Shown here piece after piece: positions 1 to 8,899 of a DNA stretch of 38,288 nucleotides (position 1 is the stretch's first letter; every line of letters starts with the position of its first letter). A program made the translations under genes and the position numbers. The notes below the pieces were generated by a model. That model saw nothing but the letters and a program-made list of their open reading frames with translations, ran no database searches and was not told the origin of the DNA. The DNA comes from an uncultured Acidiferrobacterales bacterium (GTDB lineage Bacteria; Pseudomonadota; Gammaproteobacteria; Acidiferrobacterales; UBA6901): the NCBI GenBank assembly GCA_964355495.1, contig CAYHES010000005.1:1-38288 (forward strand). Direction: 5' to 3'.

Positions 1-87
1 TGCGGCAACCGTCGAGATGAACCTACCGTCACCGCGCCACATCTCTACTCTACTCTCCTCCGTTCCCTTTTGCTCGCCGGACAAAGG

Positions 88-1059
88 TCAGAAATCATCC
101 GTAAACAGAATCCCGCGGCCCGCAACGTAAGCAAAATACAGCGCGATCAGCACAAAGGCCTCGCCGCGGCTCAGGTCCTGGCGTCGCCACAGAAACACAT
201 AGATCAATGCGCCGGTGAGGATTTTTACCGGCAGATCGTAGGCCACGATTACATTCGGCACGGTGTACCCCGAGATCATGGCGCCGAGACCGGCACTGAG
301 CAGCGGGTTGGTGATGTTGCTGCCGATCAGAATCCCGGCCGAGATCTCGCGCTGGCCCTTGTAGATCGAAACCAGCGCCGTCATGAGCTCCGGCATGGCC
401 GTGCACACCCCAAGCACCACTACCCCGAACAGCGAGGCGCTCATCGGCAGTTGCGCCACCAGCCGGGTCGCAGCGCCCAGCACCGGGTCGGCGATCAGCG
501 CCATGCCGGCGAAGCACAGGATGACCAGCCCCGCGACGACCAGCGCCTGGTGGCGTACCAGTGGCTCGCGCAGCAGCGGCGTTTCAGTGCGCCGGTTTCG
601 GCCGAGGAGGTAGAGATATGCGGCATAGGCCAGTACCAGCAACGCGCCTTCGATGCGCGTGACGACACCGCCCAGACAGGCGAACCACAGCAGGCCGGAA
701 GCGGCGATCAATGCCCCGACCTCGAGCACCAGCATCCGTCGCGCCACCACGACCGTGCCGAGCAGCGCCACCAGGGGCAGCACGAAATTCTGCTGGAAAA
801 CATCCGAGCCGATGTTGCTGCCAAGCAGCAGGGCCGAGAGGGTGTTCATCTGCTCCGGCTGCTGCACGATGCGCACGCTGCCCACGATGTGCGTCATGAT
901 CTCCAACAGGCTGGTGCCGACCGACAGGATGGTGAGCCCGGCGAAGCTGCCGGACAGGCGATAGTGACGCGCCAGGCGCAGCGTCAGGCGGATCACGACC
1001 TCGGAGATCGCCAGCATCAGCAGCGCGCCGCCGAAGACGATGGCCAGATCAATGGCCAT
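88..1059 (-). CDS. Na+/Ca2+ (CaCA, YrbG-like) antiporter family membrane protein
   Basis: Hydrophobic 323 aa with two alpha-repeat motifs (GTSLLE...GSNI and CTAMPE...GSNITN) typical of cation/Ca2+ exchangers. Confidence 0.85.
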   Translation of the reverse strand: MAIDLAIVFGGALLMLAISEVVIRLTLRLARHYRLSGSFAGLTILSVGTSLLEIMTHIVGSVRIVQQPEQMNTLSALLLGSNIGSDVFQQNFVLPLVALLGTVVVARRMLVLEVGALIAASGLLWFACLGGVVTRIEGALLVLAYAAYLYLLGRNRRTETPLLREPLVRHQALVVAGLVILCFAGMALIADPVLGAATRLVAQLPMSASLFGVVVLGVCTAMPELMTALVSIYKGQREISAGILIGSNITNPLLSAGLGAMISGYTVPNVIVAYDLPVKILTGALIYVFLWRRQDLSRGEAFVLIALYFAYVAGRGILFTDDF

Positions 1060-1224
1060 GGCGGGTCAGCCGACGGGAGTTAAATGGGGCCACCCATTTA
1101 TCATTTATCTGCCATTTATCGTCCCTTTTTATAGAAACGATGGCCGCGACCGCTGTCGTCAAGAGAAGGTGACGCAACTTACCCATGAGGTATCCTCCCG
1201 GCCTGGTTTTCTCAAGCAAGAAAC

Positions 1225-2025
1225 CTAGCGCGACTCGACGTGGATATACCCGCGGTTCTCGACCCTATCGAACGTGCGCATGCCTTTGATCAGGGTCGTG
1301 GTCGGCATCCAGACCCATTCGGCGCTGGCGGGATTCACGTCCAGGACGAGGAACGAATCCGATTCCGGATCGTAGGCCGCAAGTGGTGAAATATGGCCGC
1401 CGCCCTGCTGGCCGACCGACTCGCGCCAGTAGTTGACGACTACGTAGTCACCGCGGCGCTTGAGGTTTTCAGCCAGGTCGGCGCGTATCTCCTTCTCGGT
1501 CTTCCTGTCGTCGACGATGACGAGCCGGGTGCGGAGCGCATGCGCCTTGAACAGTTCATCGAACTGGCGCGCCTGATAGCCGAAGTCCCGGACCTGCTTT
1601 CCATTGACGGTGACGGGTTCACCCATGACCTGGGCACGGGTCTTCGGGCCCTTGGTGATGACGTTATCCTGGGTGAATCGCGGGATCACCGGATCGAAAG
1701 CGCCCTGAATGTGCCGCAGGTCTTCGGCACGCAGGCGGCCGCGATCGCGCGGCAGGCCGGAGCTGCGGGCGCGCACCGCGTTGAGCACGATGGCCGCGGT
1801 CGTCGGACCGCAAAACAGGAAATTGGTTTGCGCCTCGAACTGGTTCGCGAGCGCGGGAAAGTCGACCTTCGCCGGCGAGCGCGCCAGTCGCACAAGGCCA
1901 TCATCCGAGGAAAACGCCACGAGACCTTGTGCAACCGCCGGCGGAACCTCGTCACGCGCGAGCGCCGGGGCGGCAAGGGTGGTCGCCAACAGGACTGCGA
2001 GGCCGATACGAGCCTTGAGGGACAT
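1225..2025 (-). CDS. Phytochelatin synthase family protein (prokaryotic half-size, with signal peptide)
   Basis: Catalytic triad motifs Q...FCGP (Cys), GHISP (His), LDV (Asp) and C-terminal RGY. Start moved to ATG 2025 (MSLKARIGLAVLLATTLAAPALA = signal peptide). Confidence 0.85.
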   Translation of the reverse strand: MSLKARIGLAVLLATTLAAPALARDEVPPAVAQGLVAFSSDDGLVRLARSPAKVDFPALANQFEAQTNFLFCGPTTAAIVLNAVRARSSGLPRDRGRLRAEDLRHIQGAFDPVIPRFTQDNVITKGPKTRAQVMGEPVTVNGKQVRDFGYQARQFDELFKAHALRTRLVIVDDRKTEKEIRADLAENLKRRGDYVVVNYWRESVGQQGGGHISPLAAYDPESDSFLVLDVNPASAEWVWMPTTTLIKGMRTFDRVENRGYIHVESR

Positions 2026-2113
2026 GGTTGACTCCGGTTGCCTGGGCACGCGAGTGAGTCTTGACGGTGTTGGGTAAAATCCGAAGTTCAATGAGTCAGC
2101 CTTGTTCGAAACG

Positions 2114-2314
2114 CTATTTCAACAAGGCTGACCCATTGAATATTTCAATCGAGTCTGACCCTTTTGGGTCGTTGGGCTTGTCCTTGCGCGCCCGCGCCGG
2201 ACGCACGGTGAAACCGGAGATACCGACGATACGATCCTGCTCACCGAGCAGATAAAGCGTTTCGCAGGTTTCCTCGGTGAGGCAGACGATGCGTTGCGGA
2301 TATTGGGCGGACAT
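2114..2314 (-). pseudogene. 5' fragment of a BtuF/cobalamin-type ABC substrate-binding protein, truncated after about 47 codons
   Basis: PQRIVCLTEETCETLYLLGEQDRIVGISGFTVRP is the typical N-terminus of helical-backbone metal receptors. Similarity is lost near 2173 and the ORF stops at 66 aa. Confidence 0.75.
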
Positions 2315-2377
2315 GCGTCATTATTCCATGGATGTTCGTTTGGTGTCGCTCGCTCGAACCCCATTTATTCGGCGCGA

Positions 2378-2867
2378 TTATCTATACCCCTCCCCCTCCA
2401 ACAACCCCAAGATCACCCGCTCCGCCGCCGTCCGCCCCGGCGAGAGGAACAGGTCCAACACCTTCACCCCCAACACCCGCGCGATCTTTATCCAGATCGT
2501 CGAGCACCAATGCCCCTACCCCGCTCTCGGCCGCCCGCACCCGGTCCGGCGCCAGTCCGGCCGCGGCGGCGAGTGATTGCGTGGAATGGAGGTTGAGAAA
2601 CATCAGCACCTTGAGCTTGCGCGCCAACCTCCGCCGCGCCTCCCCGGACAGCGGACTCACCGCCGCCACGGGCCGTAATTCCTCGCGCAGAATGCACAGC
2701 CCGGCGGGCGCCGCCACCCCAAGACGCACCTGTGGCCCCTGCACCCTGAGCACCTGCACGCGGATCGGCCCATCGGCAAAAACCAGTTCGACCGGGGTAC
2801 CGGGATCGAGGGTTGGATGCGGGTGGATGGACAGCGACTGGCCGGGGTGGCGGGTGAGGATGAGCAT
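2378..2867 (-). CDS. CsrA/RsmA-like domain fused to an XRE-type HTH, with an apparent 1-nt frameshift near 2487-2489
   Basis: MLILTR...QVRLGVAAP...ILREEL is the CsrA signature. The C-terminal LAAAAGL...VRAAESG...LDDLDK continues in the shifted frame as IARVLGVKVLDLF (XRE end), with stop at 2378. Confidence 0.75.
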
Positions 2868-2916
2868 CGTCCGTGGCTCCAGTTCATGTTATTCCGGCAC
2901 GATCCTAGCATGTCGT

Positions 2917-2953
2917 TATTCACATGTGAATATTCCTCTGTGCTCACATATGA
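2917..2953. promoter_or_regulatory. Putative operator pair TCACATRTGA between divergent regulators
   Basis: Perfect 16-bp palindrome TATTCACATGTGAATA (2917-2932) and second copy TCACATATGA (2944-2953), 3 nt before the XRE ATG. Confidence 0.6.
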
Positions 2954-2956
2954 AAC

Positions 2957-3157
2957 ATGGACTTGGTGGATATCCTCGCAAAAAACATCCGGGCGCTACG
3001 CGGCGACAAGACGCAAGATGCCTTTGCCCGCAAACTCGGCATCAGCCAGGCCACCCTCGCACGCCTCGAAAGCGGCGCTCAAAATACTACCATCAAGACC
3101 CTGCAGCAGATATGTAAGGCGTTGCGCTGCGACATCGGGGAGCTGTTTAGGAAGTAA
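2957..3157 (+). CDS. XRE-family helix-turn-helix regulator (controller-protein-like)
   Basis: 66 aa, NIRALR...TQDAFARKLGISQATLARLESG...TLQQICKAL...ELF is a canonical HTH_3 pattern. Confidence 0.9.
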   Translation: MDLVDILAKNIRALRGDKTQDAFARKLGISQATLARLESGAQNTTIKTLQQICKALRCDIGELFRK

Positions 3158-3286
3158 CGGGCTGGCTAGAGTGGCTGAACCACAGCGCTGGCCCCAATTG
3201 CGGAAACCCGGGGCGGAGAGCAATTACCGTTTATATTAGAAAGAATTCCTCTCTGACCGGGTTTTCTCTGCCTTTTATTGTTGAAC

Positions 3287-4117
3287 TTAGTCGAATTGCC
3301 TCGGAAATAATCCGGACCAATCGTCATGGTCTGCATGCAGAATCGGTAACGAATTATTCGGACAACGATGAGCGAAAACAACGAGCAACCCAGCATCCCC
3401 GCTACCTTTTGGAAACTTCCGGTCTGCCTTACGACAGTATTTTTCAATCCTTGTTTTCTCATCATCTTCAAAGTACTTGCACAGCGGATCGAAAAGATTA
3501 TGTCGCTTGTCCAGTATTGTTCCGCAAATAAGCTCCATATCAGTCTCTTCACGGACTTTTTCTACAGCACCTTGGGTTGCCGCAACAAGCAGCAAATATG
3601 TACGCGGCTCTTCTGAGAGGATTTCCGAAAAAACCTCATTCCACGCCTTTGTTGCTTGCCTACCAGTGCCTGAAAAATCATCTATAAGGATAACTGTATC
3701 TTCAGGTGTAAGTCTGAGTGAAACCAGCTCACTTCGATGAACAAAAAGGGGGTTATAATTTCTCCTCGTCATTGCGGTGGCCATCCGAAACACATGAACC
3801 ATGGAGTCGCCGCTCTCGCCTGTGCTTCCGGAGAATGGAACAAAGTACCACCTTCCCCTCCTATGTCTGGGGTCTTCGTGCCACCCGTCGAGACCCTGCA
3901 ACAGCTCTCTGTATTTCGTCTTTATTTGTTCATGCCCAATAAACATGACAGCGTCAAGAATGCGAGCAGCTACGTCGAGATCTGCTTTGTCGAATTGCTC
4001 AAGCCATAGCTCTACTTTCTGTCGCGTGACTTGTGATACATAGGCGGAGAATGAGGCCAACCATCTTCTGTACCGCGCATTATCAATGCCCGTACCACGA
4101 TTTAATGGTCTGAGCAT
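3287..4117 (-). CDS. Phosphoribosyltransferase-like protein (PRTase-CE/conflict-effector-like)
   Basis: PRPP-loop motif VILIDDFSGTGRQ, N-terminal GESG and C-terminal HRCPNNSLPILH...WSGLFPR. Start set at ATG 4117, directly after the upstream stop. Confidence 0.75.
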   Translation of the reverse strand: MLRPLNRGTGIDNARYRRWLASFSAYVSQVTRQKVELWLEQFDKADLDVAARILDAVMFIGHEQIKTKYRELLQGLDGWHEDPRHRRGRWYFVPFSGSTGESGDSMVHVFRMATAMTRRNYNPLFVHRSELVSLRLTPEDTVILIDDFSGTGRQATKAWNEVFSEILSEEPRTYLLLVAATQGAVEKVREETDMELICGTILDKRHNLFDPLCKYFEDDEKTRIEKYCRKADRKFPKGSGDAGLLVVFAHRCPNNSLPILHADHDDWSGLFPRQFD

Positions 4118-4118
4118 A

Positions 4119-5081
4119 TTAACGTCGTTTGTTAGCTTCTTTGAGCTTTGACTGAAGAAGGTCAGCAAGTCGGCCCATGGATTTCCAGAGCTCCTCTTCC
4201 CCATAGAACATCTCTACATCGAGTTCATTCAATACATCTTCTAGTGTATCGATCTTTTTTGTAATCCCTTTTGCTTTGGCCCGGATGCTGGCCGACTGGA
4301 TTTCCAAATGGCTTATTGGTACGGTGACATCATCAACGAAACGCTGAAGCCTTGGGCTAAGCCGACCGAGATGATTCGCACGTTTTGCGTTAGTGATATG
4401 TTGCTTTACTAACCGGAAGTCGGTAACAGATTTTATCGCTTTACCCTCATCATGGTACTTTACGATCATCTGCTGTATAAATCGTTTCTCTTTAAACCAA
4501 TCAAATTTAACAACATCTCTATCGTGTATGACTGGATAGAGTTCTATAAAAAAATCTGACTTCATTCTCTTATCTGGGTCCGGATCAAGCATGAGGTCTT
4601 GGAACTTTCGGTCATAAGACAAAAGTTTCTTGCATCGAACAATCACCGCCTCATTTAACCCAGTCATCTCCGCAAGGCGGGCGTCATTTTTGTCCTTCAG
4701 CTCATTCATCAGCAATTCGATCTTGAGAGCGGTCGGCATTAGTTCCCAGTCCTCGCGAAGCTTGTGAATCTGAAACATCGTGACGATGTTCTGGACAAGC
4801 GTCGGCTCAGCGACCTGATTGACCGGCACTTCTGCTAGACCAACTGATTTCGCACACGTCCATCTGCGCTGACCATCGAGAATGACATATCTTTTTTTCT
4901 TTGAATCGAAATAGACCGTCAATGGCACCAGAATACCAACACGCTTTATTGACTCTCGCAGAACATCCATTGGCTCCTTATCGAACAAGTACCGTGGATT
5001 GTGCGGATTTGGCACCAGCTCATTTGTCTTGAGCTTTTTTACGCCAATTGTCCTTGCGGCAAGATGGGTGTTGATAGTCAT
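4119..5081 (-). CDS. ParB/Srx N-terminal domain protein with an uncharacterised helical C-terminus
   Basis: PNPHNPR...LRESIKRVGILVPLTV...YVILDGQRRW...VPV is the ParB-N motif set. No parA nearby. Confidence 0.85.
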   Translation of the reverse strand: MTINTHLAARTIGVKKLKTNELVPNPHNPRYLFDKEPMDVLRESIKRVGILVPLTVYFDSKKKRYVILDGQRRWTCAKSVGLAEVPVNQVAEPTLVQNIVTMFQIHKLREDWELMPTALKIELLMNELKDKNDARLAEMTGLNEAVIVRCKKLLSYDRKFQDLMLDPDPDKRMKSDFFIELYPVIHDRDVVKFDWFKEKRFIQQMIVKYHDEGKAIKSVTDFRLVKQHITNAKRANHLGRLSPRLQRFVDDVTVPISHLEIQSASIRAKAKGITKKIDTLEDVLNELDVEMFYGEEELWKSMGRLADLLQSKLKEANKRR

Positions 5082-5089
5082 TTGTCCCT

Positions 5090-5911
5090 CTAATAATTAG
5101 TCACTAACAGCTCTCGGGCTACGCGGCGGTGTGCCGAAAAACCTGATATCTGTCGTTGTACGACTGCATGTTGTGTACGAAAACCCTTTGCTAGCTCGAT
5201 TCCCTCCTTGCTAAGGCCGTAGCTCAGTAAAAAAGGGATCCCTTTTTTATCCAGTCTTGCTAATTCCTTTCTCAACCTCTGGAGATTCTTTATGCCAAAG
5301 ATGTCATTCGAGTAGTTATTAAAAACTCGCCGATTTGAGATTGAATACGGTGGATCAAGATATACAAAATCCCCCTGCTTCACTCGCGCAAGCACCTCTT
5401 CGAATGGGCCTGAAAAGAATTCTGACTTTTTAAATGCTTTTGCAACGGCGCGAATCTTATCAGCGCTAGGCATTTCACCCGTTCGGCCTCCGCCAAAAGG
5501 AACATTGAACTCACCTTTCATATTTGTTCGATACAGTCCATTGAAGCATAGCCTATTCAAATATATGAATCTCGCAGCTCTCGCAACACGTCCAAGGGAC
5601 TCCGGATTCTGTGCCCTAATCCGATAGAAACTCTCGGAGGTAAGATCAGACATTTTTTCGAGAGAACTTATGACGCTTGCTGGACGAGCTTTTACCTGCA
5701 GATATGTATTGATTAGCTCCTCGTTGATGTCTCCCAGCAAGGCATCGTTAGGAAGCAAATGGAAATACAAACAAGCTGATCCAGCGAAAGGCTCGACATA
5801 CCTATCGAAAGTAGTTGGAAGCAAAGATGATATAGCAGGTAAAAGTTTCCGCTTACTTCCGGCCCATCTAAGAAAGGGAGCTGCCGTTTCTTTTTCTTTA
5901 GCTTTTATCAT
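5090..5911 (-). CDS. Dam-like (D12 class) DNA adenine methyltransferase
   Basis: PFLRWAGSK, YVEPFAGSA (motif I), FIYLNRLCFNGLYRTN..G.FNVPFG and YLDPPY (motif IV). Confidence 0.92.
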   Translation of the reverse strand: MIKAKEKETAAPFLRWAGSKRKLLPAISSLLPTTFDRYVEPFAGSACLYFHLLPNDALLGDINEELINTYLQVKARPASVISSLEKMSDLTSESFYRIRAQNPESLGRVARAARFIYLNRLCFNGLYRTNMKGEFNVPFGGGRTGEMPSADKIRAVAKAFKKSEFFSGPFEEVLARVKQGDFVYLDPPYSISNRRVFNNYSNDIFGIKNLQRLRKELARLDKKGIPFLLSYGLSKEGIELAKGFRTQHAVVQRQISGFSAHRRVARELLVTNY

Positions 5912-6034
5912 AGTTGGCGAGTTAGTGCGGCCCCGAATGAGAACGAATCGAAAGAGGTTGTAGTTATTTTCACTGATTCAAGGACAGGGCGACAGGTATT
6001 TTTCCTAAGGTATAAGTCGGGTCATAATCATTTC

Positions 6035-6096
6035 TTACTCCCGAATCACCACCAACTTATCCGCCCCAGGCTCCGGCAACCACACCTCATCGGGCC
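6035..6096 (-). repeat. Copy 1 of an approximately 60-bp direct repeat, equal to the 3' end of a Vgb-like lyase gene (reads [19 protein letters not shown])
   Basis: 6037-6096 matches 8701-8760 at 53 of 60 positions by manual alignment and overlaps the REase stop codon. Confidence 0.85.
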
Positions 6097-6821
6097 GCTT
6101 CGGCAGCAATATGCCCGGCAAACGAAGCAACGAATGCTCTAAGGCCGGTGATCTTACTGAGGTCACTGTAATTCCCGGATTTGGCCGCAGACCTCGGTGA
6201 ACCGATGATGGTGGCCGCCGTGTACAACTGCTCCTGAATCAGCTTCTTGCAGAGAATGTTGTAGCGGTCGAGATAGGATGCCGACTGAAAATCTTTGGAT
6301 ACGGCGAAATGCGGCGACGAATCGCGCACCGGGGCCCGGGATTCAGTGCAGTCCTCGACCAGCATCAGCCAACCTACGAAGGGGCGGGGGTTCTCGCCGA
6401 ACGCGTTTTCTCGATAGGCCGTCCAGAGATCCACGGCGGTCCCAATCGCTTCTTCGGTTCTGTTGTTGAAGTTGTTGCCAAAACTTGGCCCGACTTGTGA
6501 TTTGAATTCCAGTGCCGCGACCAACCTGCCCTGGTTCATGACTAGCATGTCCCACAACTTGGTGGGCCGGAAATAGCCGGGAAGCGTCAGGACGCGCCGC
6601 TGTAAATGGATGTCAGCGTGCTTCAAACCGTTGGCGTGAACAATATCCGCCGCCAGCGACACGAAACCATCCATGTTCTTGCCGGCGGTTACCCCGGCGC
6701 GTTCACCCTGATCGCGCTTGCCGCTCTTGATCTGGCGTTTTTGTGCGGCGCTGCGGTTTCCCCAGAATGCCTTCACCACCTTGCGGGCCTTGTTGTCGTA
6801 ATCGGCAAGACTGATGGGCAT
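6087..6821 (-). CDS. PaeR7I/XhoI family type II restriction endonuclease (likely CTCGAG)
   Basis: [29 protein letters not shown] and [25 protein letters not shown] are hallmark XhoI/PaeR7I family motifs. 244 aa. Confidence 0.92.
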   Translation of the reverse strand: MPISLADYDNKARKVVKAFWGNRSAAQKRQIKSGKRDQGERAGVTAGKNMDGFVSLAADIVHANGLKHADIHLQRRVLTLPGYFRPTKLWDMLVMNQGRLVAALEFKSQVGPSFGNNFNNRTEEAIGTAVDLWTAYRENAFGENPRPFVGWLMLVEDCTESRAPVRDSSPHFAVSKDFQSASYLDRYNILCKKLIQEQLYTAATIIGSPRSAAKSGNYSDLSKITGLRAFVASFAGHIAAEAAR

Positions 6822-6840
6822 CCTCGATGTCCTTGCGTTG

Positions 6841-8562
6841 TTATTCTTGTGTGATGGCGGCCTGCTCGGCCGGGGTCAGCCGATAGAGCAGGAATGCCGC
6901 CGCATTGCAGGCCTGCCGGTCGCCGGATGTCGCTGCCGCGATGAGTTCATTCTGAACCTTGGCCGGCACGTCCTGCCACTTTGGAAGCCTGATCCGCCTC
7001 AGATATTGTGCCTGGAATCGCAGGTAACCGCCGCGCATGCGGGTTGAATACACTGCGACAAACAACCGTGCGATGCCTGACATCAGCACCGCTTGCAGGG
7101 CGTGGAGGTTCCACTCGTCCGAGGTGATGTAGTAAAGATTGTGGTGCGGATAAAAGTGACCCTCTTCAAAAACAACGTTGGCGTGACCCTTGATGTCCGG
7201 GATCAACAGCTTCTGCTTGAACGTCAGGTCGTAGTGGATGCGATCGATCGTTCGATACCAGCTCGCCGGGTGCGCCTTGGCACAGTTGCGGGCGGTGATG
7301 GCGGCATGGTGTTCCGAAAAATAGCGCGCCAGTTTCGGGTATTTGTCGAGATCGACCAGTGTTCCGTCTTGCTCGAACGGATTGATGACGCCCAGGCCGC
7401 GCCACTTTACTTCACCGGTCTCGACATCCTTGGTGGTCACGAGTGGCAGCTTGCGGCTCTCCTCGACATCCAGCTCCTCCATGGGAGCAACGAAAATCCT
7501 GTCGGCCCCGGTCGCCACACCGATGCCGACCTTGCAGCCCGCCTCTTCAATCAGCGGGAATTCACTTTCCAGACGCCGAACCAGTGCGAGCTGGTGTGAT
7601 ATTTCCAACAGCCACGGGTCGGAGCCCGAGACCGCGCCGGGCGCTTCGGTGACACCGCTGCCCGCCGGAATTGTGCTGGCGCGCATGGCCGCTGCCAGTG
7701 CATTCAGGCGTTCTCGCGTCAGCTCGGGCTTGTGTGCCACGCGCGTCGGCCCGGTATTTTCGCGGGCGATGACGGTAATGGCCGGGTAGGCAATTACTTC
7801 CTGATGGAACGCGGCGGTATCCACCATATCCACGTAGTAACGCAGATGGTAGCCGTGCGAAACGAAACCACGCAGTGGACCACCATATTTGTTCTTCATC
7901 CAGCGGTCGGAACAGATGAAGCCCAGCACGCCGTTCGGCGCCAGAAGGCTCAGGCTGCGTTCGATGAAGGGGACATAGATGTCCGCGCGGTCGTAGATCG
8001 TTTTATAGCGCGCGCGGTACTCGGCCATCAGTCTCTCGGGCAACAGTTCTTGCCGGACGTAAGGAGGGTTACCGATTGCGTGGGTGAAATCGCCCGGTAT
8101 GTCTACGAGCAGGAAGTCGCCTTCAACAAGCCAGTGGTCGAGGATTTTTCCTGCCTGCGCGTGTTCGAATCCATGGCTGGAAAGAATCGTGGCAATTCTC
8201 GCCCTGGCACTGTCCAGGCTATCGCGATGCACTTCGACGGCGCGGATGGCCCCCGCCAGATCGCTGACTGGATCGGCACTGCTTTTGCGCCGGGAAAGAT
8301 ACGATTGCAAAAGCCGCTCGACAGCGGCCACAAGAAAATCACCGTGGCCGAACGCGGGCTCTAGCAACCGGTATTGATATAAAGGACGGTCCGCCGTGTA
8401 GCCGCACAGGTCCAGAATGAAATCGACCACTTCGCGGCGCGTGAATATCGCACCGCGCTCTTTTATCCCACCGTTCGCCATGGTCTCGCTGGCGGTGGTT
8501 ACCGCTGGGAGCGGCAGGAGCAGCGCTTCCGCAAGAGGCTTCCTGTGGGCGACTTCAGTCAT
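6841..8562 (-). CDS. Cognate N6-adenine methyltransferase (M.PaeR7I/M.XhoI-like, gamma class, Eco57I/TaqI-type)
   Basis: Motif [12 protein letters not shown] before motif [21 protein letters not shown]-terminal [14 protein letters not shown]. Lies directly upstream of the REase. Confidence 0.92.
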   Translation of the reverse strand: MTEVAHRKPLAEALLLPLPAVTTASETMANGGIKERGAIFTRREVVDFILDLCGYTADRPLYQYRLLEPAFGHGDFLVAAVERLLQSYLSRRKSSADPVSDLAGAIRAVEVHRDSLDSARARIATILSSHGFEHAQAGKILDHWLVEGDFLLVDIPGDFTHAIGNPPYVRQELLPERLMAEYRARYKTIYDRADIYVPFIERSLSLLAPNGVLGFICSDRWMKNKYGGPLRGFVSHGYHLRYYVDMVDTAAFHQEVIAYPAITVIARENTGPTRVAHKPELTRERLNALAAAMRASTIPAGSGVTEAPGAVSGSDPWLLEISHQLALVRRLESEFPLIEEAGCKVGIGVATGADRIFVAPMEELDVEESRKLPLVTTKDVETGEVKWRGLGVINPFEQDGTLVDLDKYPKLARYFSEHHAAITARNCAKAHPASWYRTIDRIHYDLTFKQKLLIPDIKGHANVVFEEGHFYPHHNLYYITSDEWNLHALQAVLMSGIARLFVAVYSTRMRGGYLRFQAQYLRRIRLPKWQDVPAKVQNELIAAATSGDRQACNAAAFLLYRLTPAEQAAITQE

Positions 8563-8698
8563 TGCTGATTACCTGGAACCGCTGTCCATGGGACGCAAGG
8601 GAACTGATGATCCAAAGTTTAACCCCTCCTCCCCCTTTTACCCAGCGACCCTGTCCAAACCTGCTTCAAACCGAATAAATACCGTCTGAGACCAACCG

Positions 8699-8880
8699 TC
8701 ACTCCCGTATCACCACCAGCTTATCCGCCCCCGATTCCGGCAACCACACCTCGCCGGGCCAGCCGAGAATCTGGCGCACGCGCGCGTTGCGGCTGGTGCT
8801 CTTGTGCACGGTGAACTGTTCGGTCTTCGGGTCGAAGCGCAGCGTGGCGTTGGCGCCGAAATCGGACAGCCGGATGATAT
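8699..8880 (-). pseudogene. 3' remnant of a virginiamycin B lyase (Vgb)-like beta-propeller gene, containing repeat copy 2
   Basis: Minus-strand frame reads IIRLSDFGANATLRFDPKTEQFTVHKSTSRNARVRQILGWPGEVWLPESGADKLVVIRE* with no start codon or 5' part. Confidence 0.7.
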
Positions 8881-8899
8881 GTGTTCGGCGATGAATTTG

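Noticed and set aside
1-42. Possible start of a minus-strand gene (MWRGDGRFISTVAA...) running off the window
   Set aside because: Only 14 codons are visible, so it cannot be supported.
4118-4204. Longer start for the PRTase ORF
   Set aside because: It would overlap the ParB gene by about 86 nt. ATG 4117 gives typical translational coupling.
4119-5081. ParB as a chromosome/plasmid partition gene
   Set aside because: No parA, rep or parS-like array is visible, and the context is a methylase operon.
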